64,000 nt of DNA from Lingula anatina (lineage: Eukaryota > Animalia > Brachiopoda): assembly GCA_051362555.1 (NCBI GenBank), contig CM120646.1, positions 19,530,001 to 19,594,000 of the forward strand. Reading direction: 5' to 3'. Positions 24,456-53,826 of this stretch are shown here, piece after piece. Numbering within the stretch: the first letter of the stretch is position 1; every line of letters begins with the position of its first letter. A model generated the notes under the pieces. That model made no database searches, was not told the origin of the DNA, and saw only the letters and a program-made list of their open reading frames with translations. Made by a program: the position numbers and the translations under genes.

Positions 24456-25888
24456 ATGGGTTTGCAAGAGGAAAACGTGGAGAAAAAAGTGCCAAAGACG
24501 ACCAGACGTGGTGCAGTGATTTTGGGGATATTTGGGGGAACATTCGCGGCCGTATACGCAGTGACTGTGCCGTTCTTTCTCCCAGCTCTGCGGAAGATTT
24601 GTCTTCCTTATGTGCCCGCTACAGACCAGCAAATCACCAATGTCATGAGAATGCTGAAGGGAAGATCTGGGTCCTTGATTGATCTAGGAAGCGGAGACGG
24701 AAGAATTGTAAGATCCTAGTACCATCTAATTAGCAATTAGCATAGTTTTTTCCTCAGCTTTTAACTAGCTCGAAAAATCATGCGTTAGCACTCCTATTGA
24801 CGATTCTGTTATATACTGGCAATTCCCTTGCTTAGTTCTCTTACCACCTGTGGGCAGGCATGCGCACACAATCACATACCACACGCTGTTCATTATCTTG
24901 CCAAATCTTTACCCTTTCCTCAGTAATCATTACTTTGTCCATTTTACTGCTAAGTGTGTGTGTGTGTGTTTTAACATTGTTTCACAGAATACATATATGC
25001 ATTAACCTAGTAGTGTTACTGTCTTAAAATCTTGTTATGTTTAAAGGTTTTGGAAGCAGCTAAAAAAGGTTTCAAGTCTTCTGGTGTAGAGCTGAATCCA
25101 TGGCTAGTGTGGTTCTCCAGAATTCAGGCACGCCGCCATGGAGTACATACCCAAACCACATTTTTTAGAAAAGACCTGTTCAAGGTGAGTGACATTAACT
25201 AATCAACTATATAATATCATTTTACATGTTCTTATGAATGCCATGATTTATAAACATGCATACATAAAGATTTGCACACTTGTTTGTCATACTCTGCAGT
25301 GCATTATTAATTCATTTATTTGCTCTTTTGCAATATTCAACAATAAATGCTTCTTTGAATTATGCTTTTGTGTAACATTAAAATTGCAGTATTTTGGTTA
25401 TTAGGTGAACCTGTCAGAGTATCAGAACATAGTAGTTTTTGGTGTGGATTCTTTGGTGAGTATCTCTCTCCAGACCTAAGAAAACTACCAGCCTGAATCA
25501 ATATTTACTTGTTTGAAGGTGAAAATAGGAAAACAAATTTTCAAGAACAGCAAGTAACTTTTAAAAATTGATTTTTTTTTTACTATCTACCTATTGCCAT
25601 CTACCGGTGGCTGGCCAGGACTATCTGCCAACAGAAAAATCTGAAATTACCCACTTTTAGAACATCATAGTGTTAAAATGTGTCCTCACTGTATGGCCTA
25701 TATTCCAGATGCCTCCCTTAGAAGAGAAATTGTACAGGGAACTGGGAGATGATGGTCAAGTTATAGTGTGTAGATTTCCCCTGACCAACAGCACACCAGT
25801 GGACGAAGTGGGCAGTGGAGTGGACACTGTATGGCTATATGACAAACAAAGCTTATTCAGTACAAGTGAAAAAGATAGGAAGCAATAG
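24456..25888 (+). CDS. ATPSCKMT: ATP synthase c-subunit lysine N-methyltransferase (FAM173B), 206 aa (exons 24456-24707, 25047-25184, 25405-25455, 25709-25888)
   Basis: [24 protein letters not shown] (SAM motif I), [39 protein letters not shown]; all introns phase 0. Confidence 0.93.
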
Positions 25889-26087
25889 ATAATAATGGTA
25901 GTGTGCAACATAAGCACTGTTCCAAAGCCAGGTGATAGAAAACATGAACCCAGGCCATTTGAAGAAAACTTGTAAATTTGTTACTGGCCACTATATCTGC
26001 CATGGGTCAGTAGATTCTTAAATGCTAGTGTCCTTAAAGGGCCAGTACAGTCAGAAGTCTTTGGTGTCGACTATGAGAGTCTGTTTA

Positions 26088-26662
26088 GGCCCCTATTTCA
26101 CACCGACCACGAATCCCACGAATCGCCAGGAATTGACAAATTTCAGGATTCGTGAGATTTTGCCAATTTTCTGGTCTAATTCGACACGCTCACGATTCCG
26201 TTACGATACAGGTACGATAGTGTTACGAATATTCTTGGGATTCGGCTGGAATCGCACAAATATTGTCCAGAAATTCACTACGCCTTTTTGGAATCGGGAG
26301 TTCGTGGCCAAAACTTTGAACAGCTCAAAGTTTTTGCCACAAATTCCCACTTGATCAAGAATTGCAAGAACTGACTACGATTATATACGAATCTGTTAAG
26401 AACTTCACAAACTGATTATGATTCAGCCACGAATCCTGAAAATTTCAATTCCTGGCGATTCGTGGGATTCGTGGTCTGTGTGAAATAGGGGCATCAAAGT
26501 TTTTGCCACCAATTCCTGTTGGTCAAGAAGTGCAAGAACTGACTACGAATATATATGAATCTGTTGAGAACTTCACGAACTGATTACGATTCAACCACGA
26601 ATTGTGAAATTTGTCAATTCATGGCCATTCGTGGGATTCATGGTCTGTGTGAAATAGGGCCA
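26088..26662. mobile_element. PIF/Harbinger-like MITE with a tandemly duplicated right end
   Basis: Left TIR GGCCCCTATTTCACACCGACCACGAATCCCACGAAT after TTA. The matching right TIR occurs twice, ending ~26492 and ~26661. Superfamily is inferred from TIR and TTA style. Confidence 0.75.
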
Positions 26663-27567
26663 TTAAAAAGCAACAGATGGTGCTGATGGTCAACTGCAGT
26701 AACTAGTAGAAGGGGGAGGTGATGGTCAACTAAATTGCCAGATCACTAGGAATCACCTGCTGTCTGATGAAGTTCAGGATGTATTTGCTGGCGCAAGAGC
26801 AAAACAAAAATGTTTTAGTGCTGAATTCAGGCAGGAGATGGCCAGAAAATAAAACATTTGCTTTGGCATCTTGTTAATTATATCGGTATTTTGTCAAGGG
26901 AAGTACTTCTGCTGTAAGTTTAATGATGCATAGACGGTTATTTTTTTCTTATGAAAATAATGGGCAAAGGCAATAAAATGATGAAAAAAGAAATTGATAA
27001 AGGTGAAGTTGAGTAACTGACATTAAGCAGTTACATGCAGTTTGGTTTACATCGGTCTTGGAAAACTTGACCAGGAAAGCTGTTTTCAATTTCGGCCTAG
27101 CAGTGGAAAGAACGGGCTCTCAAAAATTTATTATATTGGAACCACGGGTTAATCTCTGATAATTCGCTGCTCAATAAGTTGCTCATCGGGTTGATCCACC
27201 GTCTTGAACATGCCGTGATTGCGACAGTTGTGACTAGTCGACTATCACCCGGGAAAAATTGAAATGTGTTAGGAGAGACGCTAAAGATGGAATAAACTGA
27301 AACCGTTATTTCAAAAGACCAACGTTCTCTTCTGTCAGGGGTCATATTCCAGGGTTGGGGATATCGGAAGCCTCTTACTTTTCCTTGGTCAGCACTTATA
27401 TGAGTTAATACCGGCGGTACAAGTAACCTAATTGTGTGTATTGTCTGTAGATCTATTGTAGGCCTTCAGCGGCTGCCCCCCCTACCCCCACCCCCCTCAT
27501 ATCCTCTTAAACATTCGGCCCCGGACTCTCAAACAAAGATCGCTTTCACAAAGAGATATGTTTTGTT

Positions 27568-27709
27568 GGGGTCGTAGCGATAGTCCGAAGGTTCATTGGT
27601 CCGAATGTTCACTATAGAACCTTTGGACCAATTAACCCTTGATTAAAAAATCGATAAAAATGTTACCACTTTTCGGACCAATGAACCTTCGGACTATCGA
27701 GACGCCCCC
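27568..27709. mobile_element. Small non-autonomous DNA transposon with 8-bp TSD
   Basis: Perfect 28-bp inverted repeat CGATAGTCCGAAGGTTCATTGGTCCGAA, GGGG/CCCC termini, and GTTTTGTT at 27560-27567 and 27710-27717. Confidence 0.8.
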
Positions 27710-28380
27710 GTTTTGTTAACAGTTAAATTGTCAAGGTGGTTTTGAATTTTAAAAAGAAAGTACATTAATTAATGACCATGTCACGCATTAAATTTGATAT
27801 GTATAGTTTGTGTACTAGTAAGAGTGCATCTTTATTTAGTGGTACGTTTTTGGGAGTGAGCAATCGTATTGGAAATGTCTCCTCAGACTCAGTCCGTAGA
27901 TTAAATGATCGCTACTAACCTATGTACCGGTATACATCACGATTCGCGAGTACTGGTACATGGCATCTGGTTCAAAGACGGAAGGCGCTTCAGTTCCGTC
28001 AATTCGCCATATTACAAAAGACAGGCAAAGGCGAATAAAGTGAATGACGCAAATCACTTAACGCTAAATGTGTTTGCAATTGATTAGCGTACTACGACTT
28101 GAAGGAATTCTATGTCCCAAGGTCGTGTTATTTTGCGTCTAAATATACAGCAACACTGCCATCTTTCCCAATTCAGATCTTAAAAACGACGAACCCCCCT
28201 AAATATAGGTTTCAGTAGTCCGAGGTTTATCGGAAGCGTACCATATATCGATTTTTCCTTCAGTTTTAGAATTTAAAAGAATTTATAATGATTCGTTGCG
28301 TAAGCTATAGGTTATTTAAACAGAAATGGTACAAAACGTCAGTCCAGGTGCAGGGACCAGTCTAGTTATGAGTCTGGAAT

Positions 28381-28432
<52 letters not shown>

Positions 28433-29507
28433 TCAGTGAAAAAATTAGATTTGGCTCGAAAACTTCCTATATAATGCCGTTATATATATCGTATCACCCG
28501 GTTACTTTCCATTAAATGGATGCATCGATACAAGAGAACGCGCCAAGATGATTCTCTTCAGTAGAGATCTAGATTAATATATAAATTTGGGAAGGGCGGC
28601 CCAAATTTTAATATAACCAGAAAACCCGAATATGGATGGTATTTTGAATGAATGGGAGAAGTGTGCCATTTGACATTTGTCATTAGAGCTAAAATATCAG
28701 TAAGGTAATTCAGATTTCTTTTACGAGGCGTTGTCCTTTAAGTGCTCGCCTACTTTTCATTGTGGTCTCGCATAAAAACCAACGATTAATAACATAAGCC
28801 GTTTATTTGTTACATACCAACGAAAAATGGACTGAGAAATTTTCAATGATCCAAAAGTCTTATGTTTTCCTCTGTTTACCGTATTATTACTTCAAAAAAA
28901 AAAAAAACTTTTTTGGGAGTGTATTGGTCTGCTTTGTGGTAAATTTGTTACAGCATCTGAGGCCACAATTTTGGAGATTTAGCTTTTTAAAAGTTTCTGT
29001 GTATTGATCAAGGATGAATCGCATTGATTTTCACTGGGATCATAGTTCTGTCTAAATTCCTGAAGTCTAGAAAACACGGGGAAAGGTTTTTGATGATATT
29101 TTAAAGTTCTTTATTTTTTATTTCTTGTGTAATCAAATCAAATTTCACTTGAAGTGATACTAAGTCATGACTTCTAACAACTTATCAAGTTTCATCCAGG
29201 GGCTCAGGTATTTTTGCAAAAGCAAGAAAAGTTTTTATATTTACGAGGGAAATCCCACTGACAATTTAAATCAATTTTTTTTTAATTATTGTTGTAATCA
29301 CACCAAATTGCTTAAACTGATACTAAGCTATGACTTCTAACAATGGCCAAAGAGTCGCATAAGTATTATACAAATAGCGTTGGAGTTTGAAATGTTCTAG
29401 ATACTGTGCTGGGGAACAAAAAGGTGCGCGTATTCTCACATTACACATTAGAAAAACACTTACCCATGGCCCATAGGGATCCCCTTATAGCACAGGGGGC
29501 TCTTATA

Positions 29508-29800
29508 CAGTGGTGGATTTAGAGGGGTGGAGGTCAGGGGAGTCCTGACCCCTCCTTCGGTTTCTGAAAAATGTATCACACCAATATTCCCCTCCTGAAA
29601 TTAGAATTTTGACTAGCTAAATCAAAGTTCTTAGCCGTACCAAAGGGCCCTGTTTGCTCTCCGGATCCAAAACACCAAAAGATTTTCTGGGCCCTTGAAC
29701 AGGCCCCGAACCCAACACAAAGGGGGGTGGGGGTGGTCGGCTTCGCATCCGAGGCCTGTCGTTCTGGACCCCCCTTCAAAAAATCCTGGACCCGCCCCTC
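29508..29800. mobile_element. MITE with CAG(T/G)GG(T/C)GGAT-type termini
   Basis: CAGTGGTGGATTTAG...CTGGACCCGCCCCTC, flanked by CTTATA direct repeats (29502-29507, 29801-29806). Confidence 0.7.
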
Positions 29801-30031
29801 CTTATATAACCTATTACAAAATTGAAGTTGGGACTTTTTAGCTTTTTTTAACAGACTGGTAGCGATCCCTGTGGACAGAGAGTAGCCCATAGGAGCCTGT
29901 ACGTACACCAATCAGTAGGCCACAAACATGCAAAAACAGCGTGCACCATGTGGATTCCGTAGTTACTGGCCATGGCACCCATAGACGCTACAATTGTGTA
30001 TAATAGCTCACAAATTCTTGCTCTATGAGAA

Positions 30032-30087
<56 letters not shown>

Positions 30088-30501
30088 GGCTAAGTTTATG
30101 AAAAAAATTATAAAAATACGCCAAATGTAAAAATTGACCTCGCTTCGTCTCTCACATTAATTTTTCATCTCCGATCGTGTTTAAATGAAAATTGTATAAG
30201 GTTAAAAGGATCTAAATAATTTGTTCACAAGAATAATTTAGATTGCATCTTATAGCCTTGTGTAAAATAGATCCACGTCGAACGTAAAACTTTTTGTACA
30301 GTCAAAATAGACAGAAAAGGCAGCAATGAAGACGAAAAACTTTTACAAAACAATAGCAACGTTAGATCTACTAAACATGTAAAACTTGGTGCATTTGCAG
30401 GTGCATCGAATCAATCATGTTATGATTCTCTCTTCAACTTCGAAGCTTTGTAATTTTATCCTTATTTTGTAAGATTCACTGCGCAAAATGTCATATTGTT
30501 T

Positions 30502-31056
30502 TGACGTCAATCTGTATGTTTTAGCGTCATGCGTTTAAGTTGTAATACTAATTTACAAGTAAACAAATGGCAAATTCGCTTGACTTTATACTACAGGTAA
30601 AACTCTCACCGCTAAAATAAAACAATAGCAAATAAAGCTAAAAAACGTACAAAAACGTGATGCTGACCGATCGTGATTACCAATAATTACGCTATTTATC
30701 TTCCCCCCTCTTAATAAGAAAAATTTAAGACTCACAACTAACGCCATTGCGTTAATTAATTTCTGTGATAGTTCTAGGAATAAAGTATGAGTTCAATGAA
30801 AGAAATATTGATTAAGCTAATTATAACCGGGACTCCTGACGTCATATTGGTGATATGTACGCACACGTTTTCTGCCCCCAAAATCTATCGCGTCCTATCA
30901 CGATTGTACTTTATGGATTTGTGATTGGCGTTAAAAGCAACATCTTATTGGGGGGGAGGGGGGGGCGTATGCACATGCCATGCTGTAAACAACATGCGAA
31001 ATTAATATTACGACCAAACCAATGCTGCCGACCATGCGTATAATAATCAAAAAAAA

Positions 31057-31111
<55 letters not shown>

Positions 31112-31931
31112 AATAATAATAATAATAATAATAAAAAAATGAAGACATTTATTCAATAACAACAACAAGTTTGATACGAATCTTATCCACCATTCTTATT
31201 TGGGAAAAAGACTTTTTTTATTTTATGCATAATACACACACGCGCACGCGTGCACACACACACACGCCGCTTTTAAGGACAATGGATATTGTCAAAAGGC
31301 AAGAAATCACCGATGGCCAGTTGAAATAAAAGATGGAATCGCGATATCTTAATTACCAGTTGGTTTAACCGGTGGATAAACCTGGAAAAACCGCACCTCA
31401 CACCTTTGTCTGTCTCACATCAGATTGAATACTTCCCGAGTGCTAACCTAAAACGAAATTCAACCTCGAAAACAAGTTGAATGACTTCATTACACGTGTG
31501 TAGGTCTACATCTTTGCCAGTTTGGTCAATACCTGCGTCTGGGAGGAAGGATAGCCTCGTGTGTTTACCACCGAAATAAATCTTTTAAAGGTTTTATAGG
31601 CAAAATTACAGGGTTCTAAAAAGGCGCGCTGCGCGTACGAATAACTATACTTGATTGAGGTTTGTTGGCGAGTTGAGTCTTTTTATGCAAAATTTATATT
31701 ATAAAACACAAATACGATTTAACTGGTTTAATCAAGAAAAATATGCCTCACTGCGTAATCAGGGCTTCCATTCATCCGTCTTTGTTGTACACAAGGAGCT
31801 GGAACACTCTGTAGGGTACGATTGACGTCATCATGACTTTTTTCCGGTTGGTGAACCTATAGCAACTGCTATGCGAAAGGATGGCTTGGAATGGAGGCTA
31901 GCTTTGCTTCACGAATGACGTCACTCTGACG
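30502..31931 (+). promoter_or_regulatory. SIK upstream region with clustered cAMP-response elements
   Basis: TGACGTCA at 30502, 30837, 31823 and 31916; half-site TGACG at 31927; CpG-rich. Confidence 0.7.
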
Positions 31932-32072
31932 CACGTTGATGTATGGTGTGTGGAATAACTTTGGTTTTAGATCATGTATCTCGGGCCGTACAAGCTTATT
32001 ACAATTTTCACAAAGTCTCGATGGAGATTTAGTAGATCCAGGGTAGCCGAGCAGATTGAGAGGACTTTATAG

Positions 32073-48791
<16,719 letters not shown>

Positions 48792-51314
48792 ACTAAGAAA
48801 GGGTGGAAATCATTCAGATTTTGTTTGAAGCTATTATGAAGCTGATCTGTAAGAACCGTCCTGCAGAGTTTTTTATTTAATACCCCTGTACATGTAATAC
48901 ATCAGGGTATTCAAGTATTTTCTTGTTATTATTGATCATGTGACAGTTGTGATCAGGTCTGGGGGGGACTAATTAGACTGTTATACACAGAAATAGCATG
49001 TGATAGTATGTTGTTATTATTTACTTGTTTACAGAGGAATGTACATAGCATTTGTCATCGTTCATCCAGATGATGGTAAGATGGTACCAGTCTGTGGTAT
49101 CTCAATACATAGTGTGTGTTATGGTTGAAGTTACAAGTAATATTGAACCTCACATTTGTGTTAAGTTTTGTGTTTTAACATCAAAAAAAGCATGTTCACA
49201 CATGTAGCAGTGGTCAGCCAATGGAAGATATTAGGCTAGTTTGTAAAAAATTGGCTATTTACTTGGTGCTTTTGAGAAACTGGTTGATTAGATCTGCAAT
49301 GTACAAAGCTCAGTGTTAAAAAGTGATCAGTTTGTGAAACATGGAGACTTGTCTGGCACAGGTGAACTTTTTTTCCAGACGACTGGAAATTAAACCTCTA
49401 GTATTATTTCTGGGTGGGGTTGCCTAAAGGCTCACATTTCTGTGTGCCAGGTACACAAACGTCTTCAGAATTCAATTTGGAATTATTACTCTGTTGAAAA
49501 TTAAAGCTGATTCACAGCTGTTTGCTGCAAATGGCAGACCCTGGCAGATCTTTGTAGACACCCCATCCCCCCCCCCCCTTGTCTTTACCTTAAAAACAAA
49601 ATGAAACAAAACAATAAAACTAATAAAGTGAGCGATAACGTGACATAAGTGAGCAATTTTCCATCAGGAACCCTACATATTGTACAAAAATTGTCCTCGT
49701 TTACATTTCAATACTTGCCAAGGAATTGAGGTGCCATTGAGGTGTGTAGTAACTATTGGATCACCCTGTAGGTCCAAGCAGGCAGTACTCCCAACAGTGC
49801 ACTGTGGCAGCCAACAACACTATAGGTCTGTCTGTGGGCGTCCGTGGAGGGGTCAATGGAATTTTGGCAGGCACGTTAATTGCGGGTATCCAGCCAATCA
49901 TTATCTCCCCCTTCAATGACTTTGACCCCCCCCCCCCTGGAAAATTTTCTGCAGGCGCCCATGACTCTGTCCCCTCAGTAGCCCTGGTTTAGATGCTTCA
50001 CAACCTTGACCTTGAAGTACTAATGTGTTTATATTAAAAACACTGTATATTACAGTGTATAGCACTGTGTATGTGAGAATTACAGTTCTTATTCTTGGAA
50101 AGTTTTACCATGATATTATCCAAAAAAAAATGGAAGCAGACATGGGTATATTTTTACAGCAGGTAGGAGGGGCTCAAACTAGCTGCTATGGAGGATAAAT
50201 AGGTTTTTGTGTTTTTAATGAACATTTGGGAGGGAAGAGGTGAGGGAAGAAATGCTCATGTCTGTGCCTTTATTAATTTTATTTTGTCAAAACCAAGTTC
50301 TGTCTACGTGCACAAATGTCATGGTGATTGTTGTTGTAGTAGTAGTAGTAGTAGTCACTGTTAATGTATTATTGGTGTTTTATAAACACCAGTCAAATGT
50401 ACTTGTATTTTTGTCTATGTCAGCCAATTGCAATGTATGCACAATTTGATAGAATTTTCAAATTACTTGTCAATCAGAAAAGAAGGGCAGATATTAATTG
50501 TATTTGTGCTGTCATACTAAACATTTATAGCTAATTGCTATGGTGATTGCAAAACGGATGCGCATTGTATCTGCCAACTTATTCATTGGTTAGTGCTGGT
50601 GCTTTTTGGGAATGCACTGATTGAACCATAGTGGGTCCCATAAAGTCTATGGTCCAGTGCTGTCATCTTATATGTGAAAAAGTGATCGGTATGGATCAGA
50701 TATAGGAAAGGGTGGGTTTTGCTTTAGGGAATATTGTTTCGTGATTTAGGGTTAATTCAAGTTCTTTCTGAACTGCTGTACAAAAGTTTGCACATACCTG
50801 TGTATATATGTTTTTGGTCCTCAATAACAAGGGCACCTAACCAAACTGTCTATAAATCTCAGCTCATAAAACACCAGTGTTATTTGTTCACTTCAATCTC
50901 ATTTCCTTCACACGTTTGCAATATAACAATATAATAATATATAATGAACAGTGTGAAAATGCTTTTAAGTTATGCTCTTTTGATGATGTTAACTAGTATT
51001 TTCTTTCCACCCTGTGGCTGGATGTGAAGGTTAAGAAATTTAGAGACTGAAGTTGTTTTCCAGGCCCTATTTTACAAAAGAACTTGGTTGGTGGAACTTG
51101 GATGGTTGGTCTTTAATTTTAGTCCTAAGTTTTACTTTAACCCTAAATAAATTGACAATAGTCTAATAAAAAAAAGAAATGTTGTGACATTCTGCCCTTT
51201 TATAATAAAGAAAGAAGTTACCACTTTTTCAGTTCCATTTCAGGCTCTACAATAGTTAGCCTGAATTTTAGTAGACTAAATTTTGGCTAAAAATTATGAC
51301 CAAATTTAGGTCTT

Positions 51315-51346
<32 letters not shown>

Positions 51347-53608
51347 TGGAATGGCTATATGAAGGTCCATTTTGGGATCACCTACCAGTCAACATCACAG
51401 GCCTTGGGTGAACACGTACAGTTAGTTTACGTGCTGAAACCAGTGGCAGTGACTAGTATGAGTCATAGTTGTGTCTCAAAGGTAATTGTACACAAATAAT
51501 GCTAGTGAAGTTGTAGAACACATTGTTCATATGCGTGGCTGTATACATTCTGCCATTTGATACTGTGGTATCCACACAGCTATTGTCTGTATTTATCTGA
51601 AAACTACTTGCATTTTCAACACTTTTTTTTTTTTTTTTTTTGGGGGGGGGGGGGGGGTTAGAAACCTTTAAAGTTGGCACTTTTTTTATTGGAATTGATC
51701 CTTGCACTGTAAGATGAAGATATGTCCTTGCAAACATATACCTGCAGTCTTTTACATTGTTTTAATCTTTTTAATTCTTGTTGGGTGGCCACACAAAATC
51801 TTGACAATTTGTAGGGTCTGATGTCTAGAATGCTGGATGTCGACTTTCTTTTGTCTGCCAAAGGCTTCTGTTTTTTATCGAAGAAAGAAGCCTGTCGGTG
51901 TACTTAACCGATTTTTAGGGTCTTCACCACCATGTGGCAGCACTGAGGTCATGTGAACGGTAAACCTTGGAAAAGGTCTCGACTCACATACTTCATCATG
52001 TGGGGAAAGAGGAGTCTTTGAAATGTGTCTTATCATTGGAGTTTCAATCTCTGGGAAACAATTGGTGCTGAATTTTCTAGAAGTTCTATTATTTTGTTGC
52101 TGATTGCTTGTTATAATTGGGACATTACAAGAAGTTCTGATGATCCGTTTTATCAGTAGTGCATGAGAGTGAAAATAGGCCCAACTTGTGTGATTAGAAG
52201 ACATTTTGGATCTTTATCTGTTCTACAATATTACACAGGTGAAAAAAGTTGCATAAAATGTAAATGTGTTGATAATTATGTTCAGGTATGTAATTTTGTT
52301 TCCAAGACAAAGAAGTGCAATTAAAAGAAGAAAAAAAAAACATTACAGATGAGATTGTAAAAAAAAAAATAATTAAGAATCTCGTGTGTTCCCTCCTCCA
52401 GTGAACTGGTTTGCAGATTACCCCCAAAGCTCACAAGAATTTGACAGGGATGTGAGTCTTAAGGGTTATTTTTTCCCCAATTTCAGGTGTATTTTTTTTC
52501 TAACCCAGTCCCTGATATAATGTTTATATCAGATGAAAAAAGCTGCATGTTGGAAAACAGTTCCTATGTTGTACAGCGACTTGAATTTGGTAGTAATGAA
52601 TGTTTTTTGCCCGAGTTGTGTAGCATTCTGTAACTTATTATCATTATTGTCATGGATTTTGATTCAGCATGGAATCATACAAATTTCAAAATGAAAATAT
52701 CTTGCCAGAGGTGAATCAGGTGTTCTAGTACAGGAAGGTCATTTGATTAAAAAAGTCAATCAAGGGTTGATAATTTCATTAATAAAAAATTGAATTTGTG
52801 GGGATCTGTTTATGATATATTTTTTAAAAATTTAGAAGCTGTGACAGTGTATGTACATTTTAAGCATGCAAAAAAAAGGTATTTATTGTCAAGATGTGAA
52901 CTAGGGATAACAAAGAAAAAACTGTTGAAGAGCATATGACTTGTTCTCACTGCAAATGTGATTGGGTAGACTTTCTGTTAGCAGTAGTGTACATAAGTTG
53001 TACAAAGTATTGTGTAGTAAAGTTGTATTTTATGAGCAAAAATTTGACTTTGTTTTTTGATGAAATGCTTCTTCTGAAATTACCATTTTTATTAGCACTG
53101 GCCTCATCTGTGACCAGGTCCTCCACTAATAATTAGGGAGGGATGCCAGGAGGAAGCGAGAACACATGCACTTGGCCTTGCTTTGTTTCAAAAGTCTGAG
53201 ATATCTTTTAAATTTTTTTCAGTGGAATATTTCCTAAATTGCCATGTTAAAAAAGATGGTGTAATTTCTTCACGTAAACTACTTTCTATATTTCCACTGT
53301 GAAGTGCTTGAATGCAACCCTTCCAGGCACAAAAATATGAACACAAACTGTGACATTTTTATGAAAGTGTGTTGCCTCCACAGTGACTTGTTTTACACCA
53401 AGACATGGTACTCCATTTTATGTCATCAGCTATCCCCTCGCCACACAAGTTCTGAAGTCCCTACTGGTCAGGTATGCCACTAATTATCCAACTTTTAACA
53501 AACCTTAGGCCCCTAAAATATTATATATAACATGGGTTTTTGGTTTATTTAATAAACATTAGTCAATATTGCTGCAGGTTTTGGGCTAACAGCAAAAGGA
53601 ACCTTTGT

Positions 53609-53826
53609 CACTTTCCACCAGGATTGAAAATGATCATTTATTAAAATGAAAAGATAAAAATAAAAAGTCCACAAATGCTTATTAAATTCAACAAAGATGA
53701 TTACTATTAACACTTTCCACCAGGACTGAAAATGATCATCTTCTATTAAAATGAAAAAAAAAAAAAAAAATGAAAAAAGTAAGTCCCTTAATGCTGATTA
53801 AATCCAACAAAGATGATTACTATTAA
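53609..53826. repeat. Diverged tandem duplication (~102 and ~116 bp)
   Basis: CACTTTCCACCAGGA...CAACAAAGATGATTACTATTAA occurs twice. Confidence 0.85.

Noticed and set aside
49833-49963. Possible small MITE in the SIK 3' region (GTGGGCGTCCG...CAGGCGCCCATG)
   Set aside because: The inverted ends are too degenerate and there is no clear TSD.
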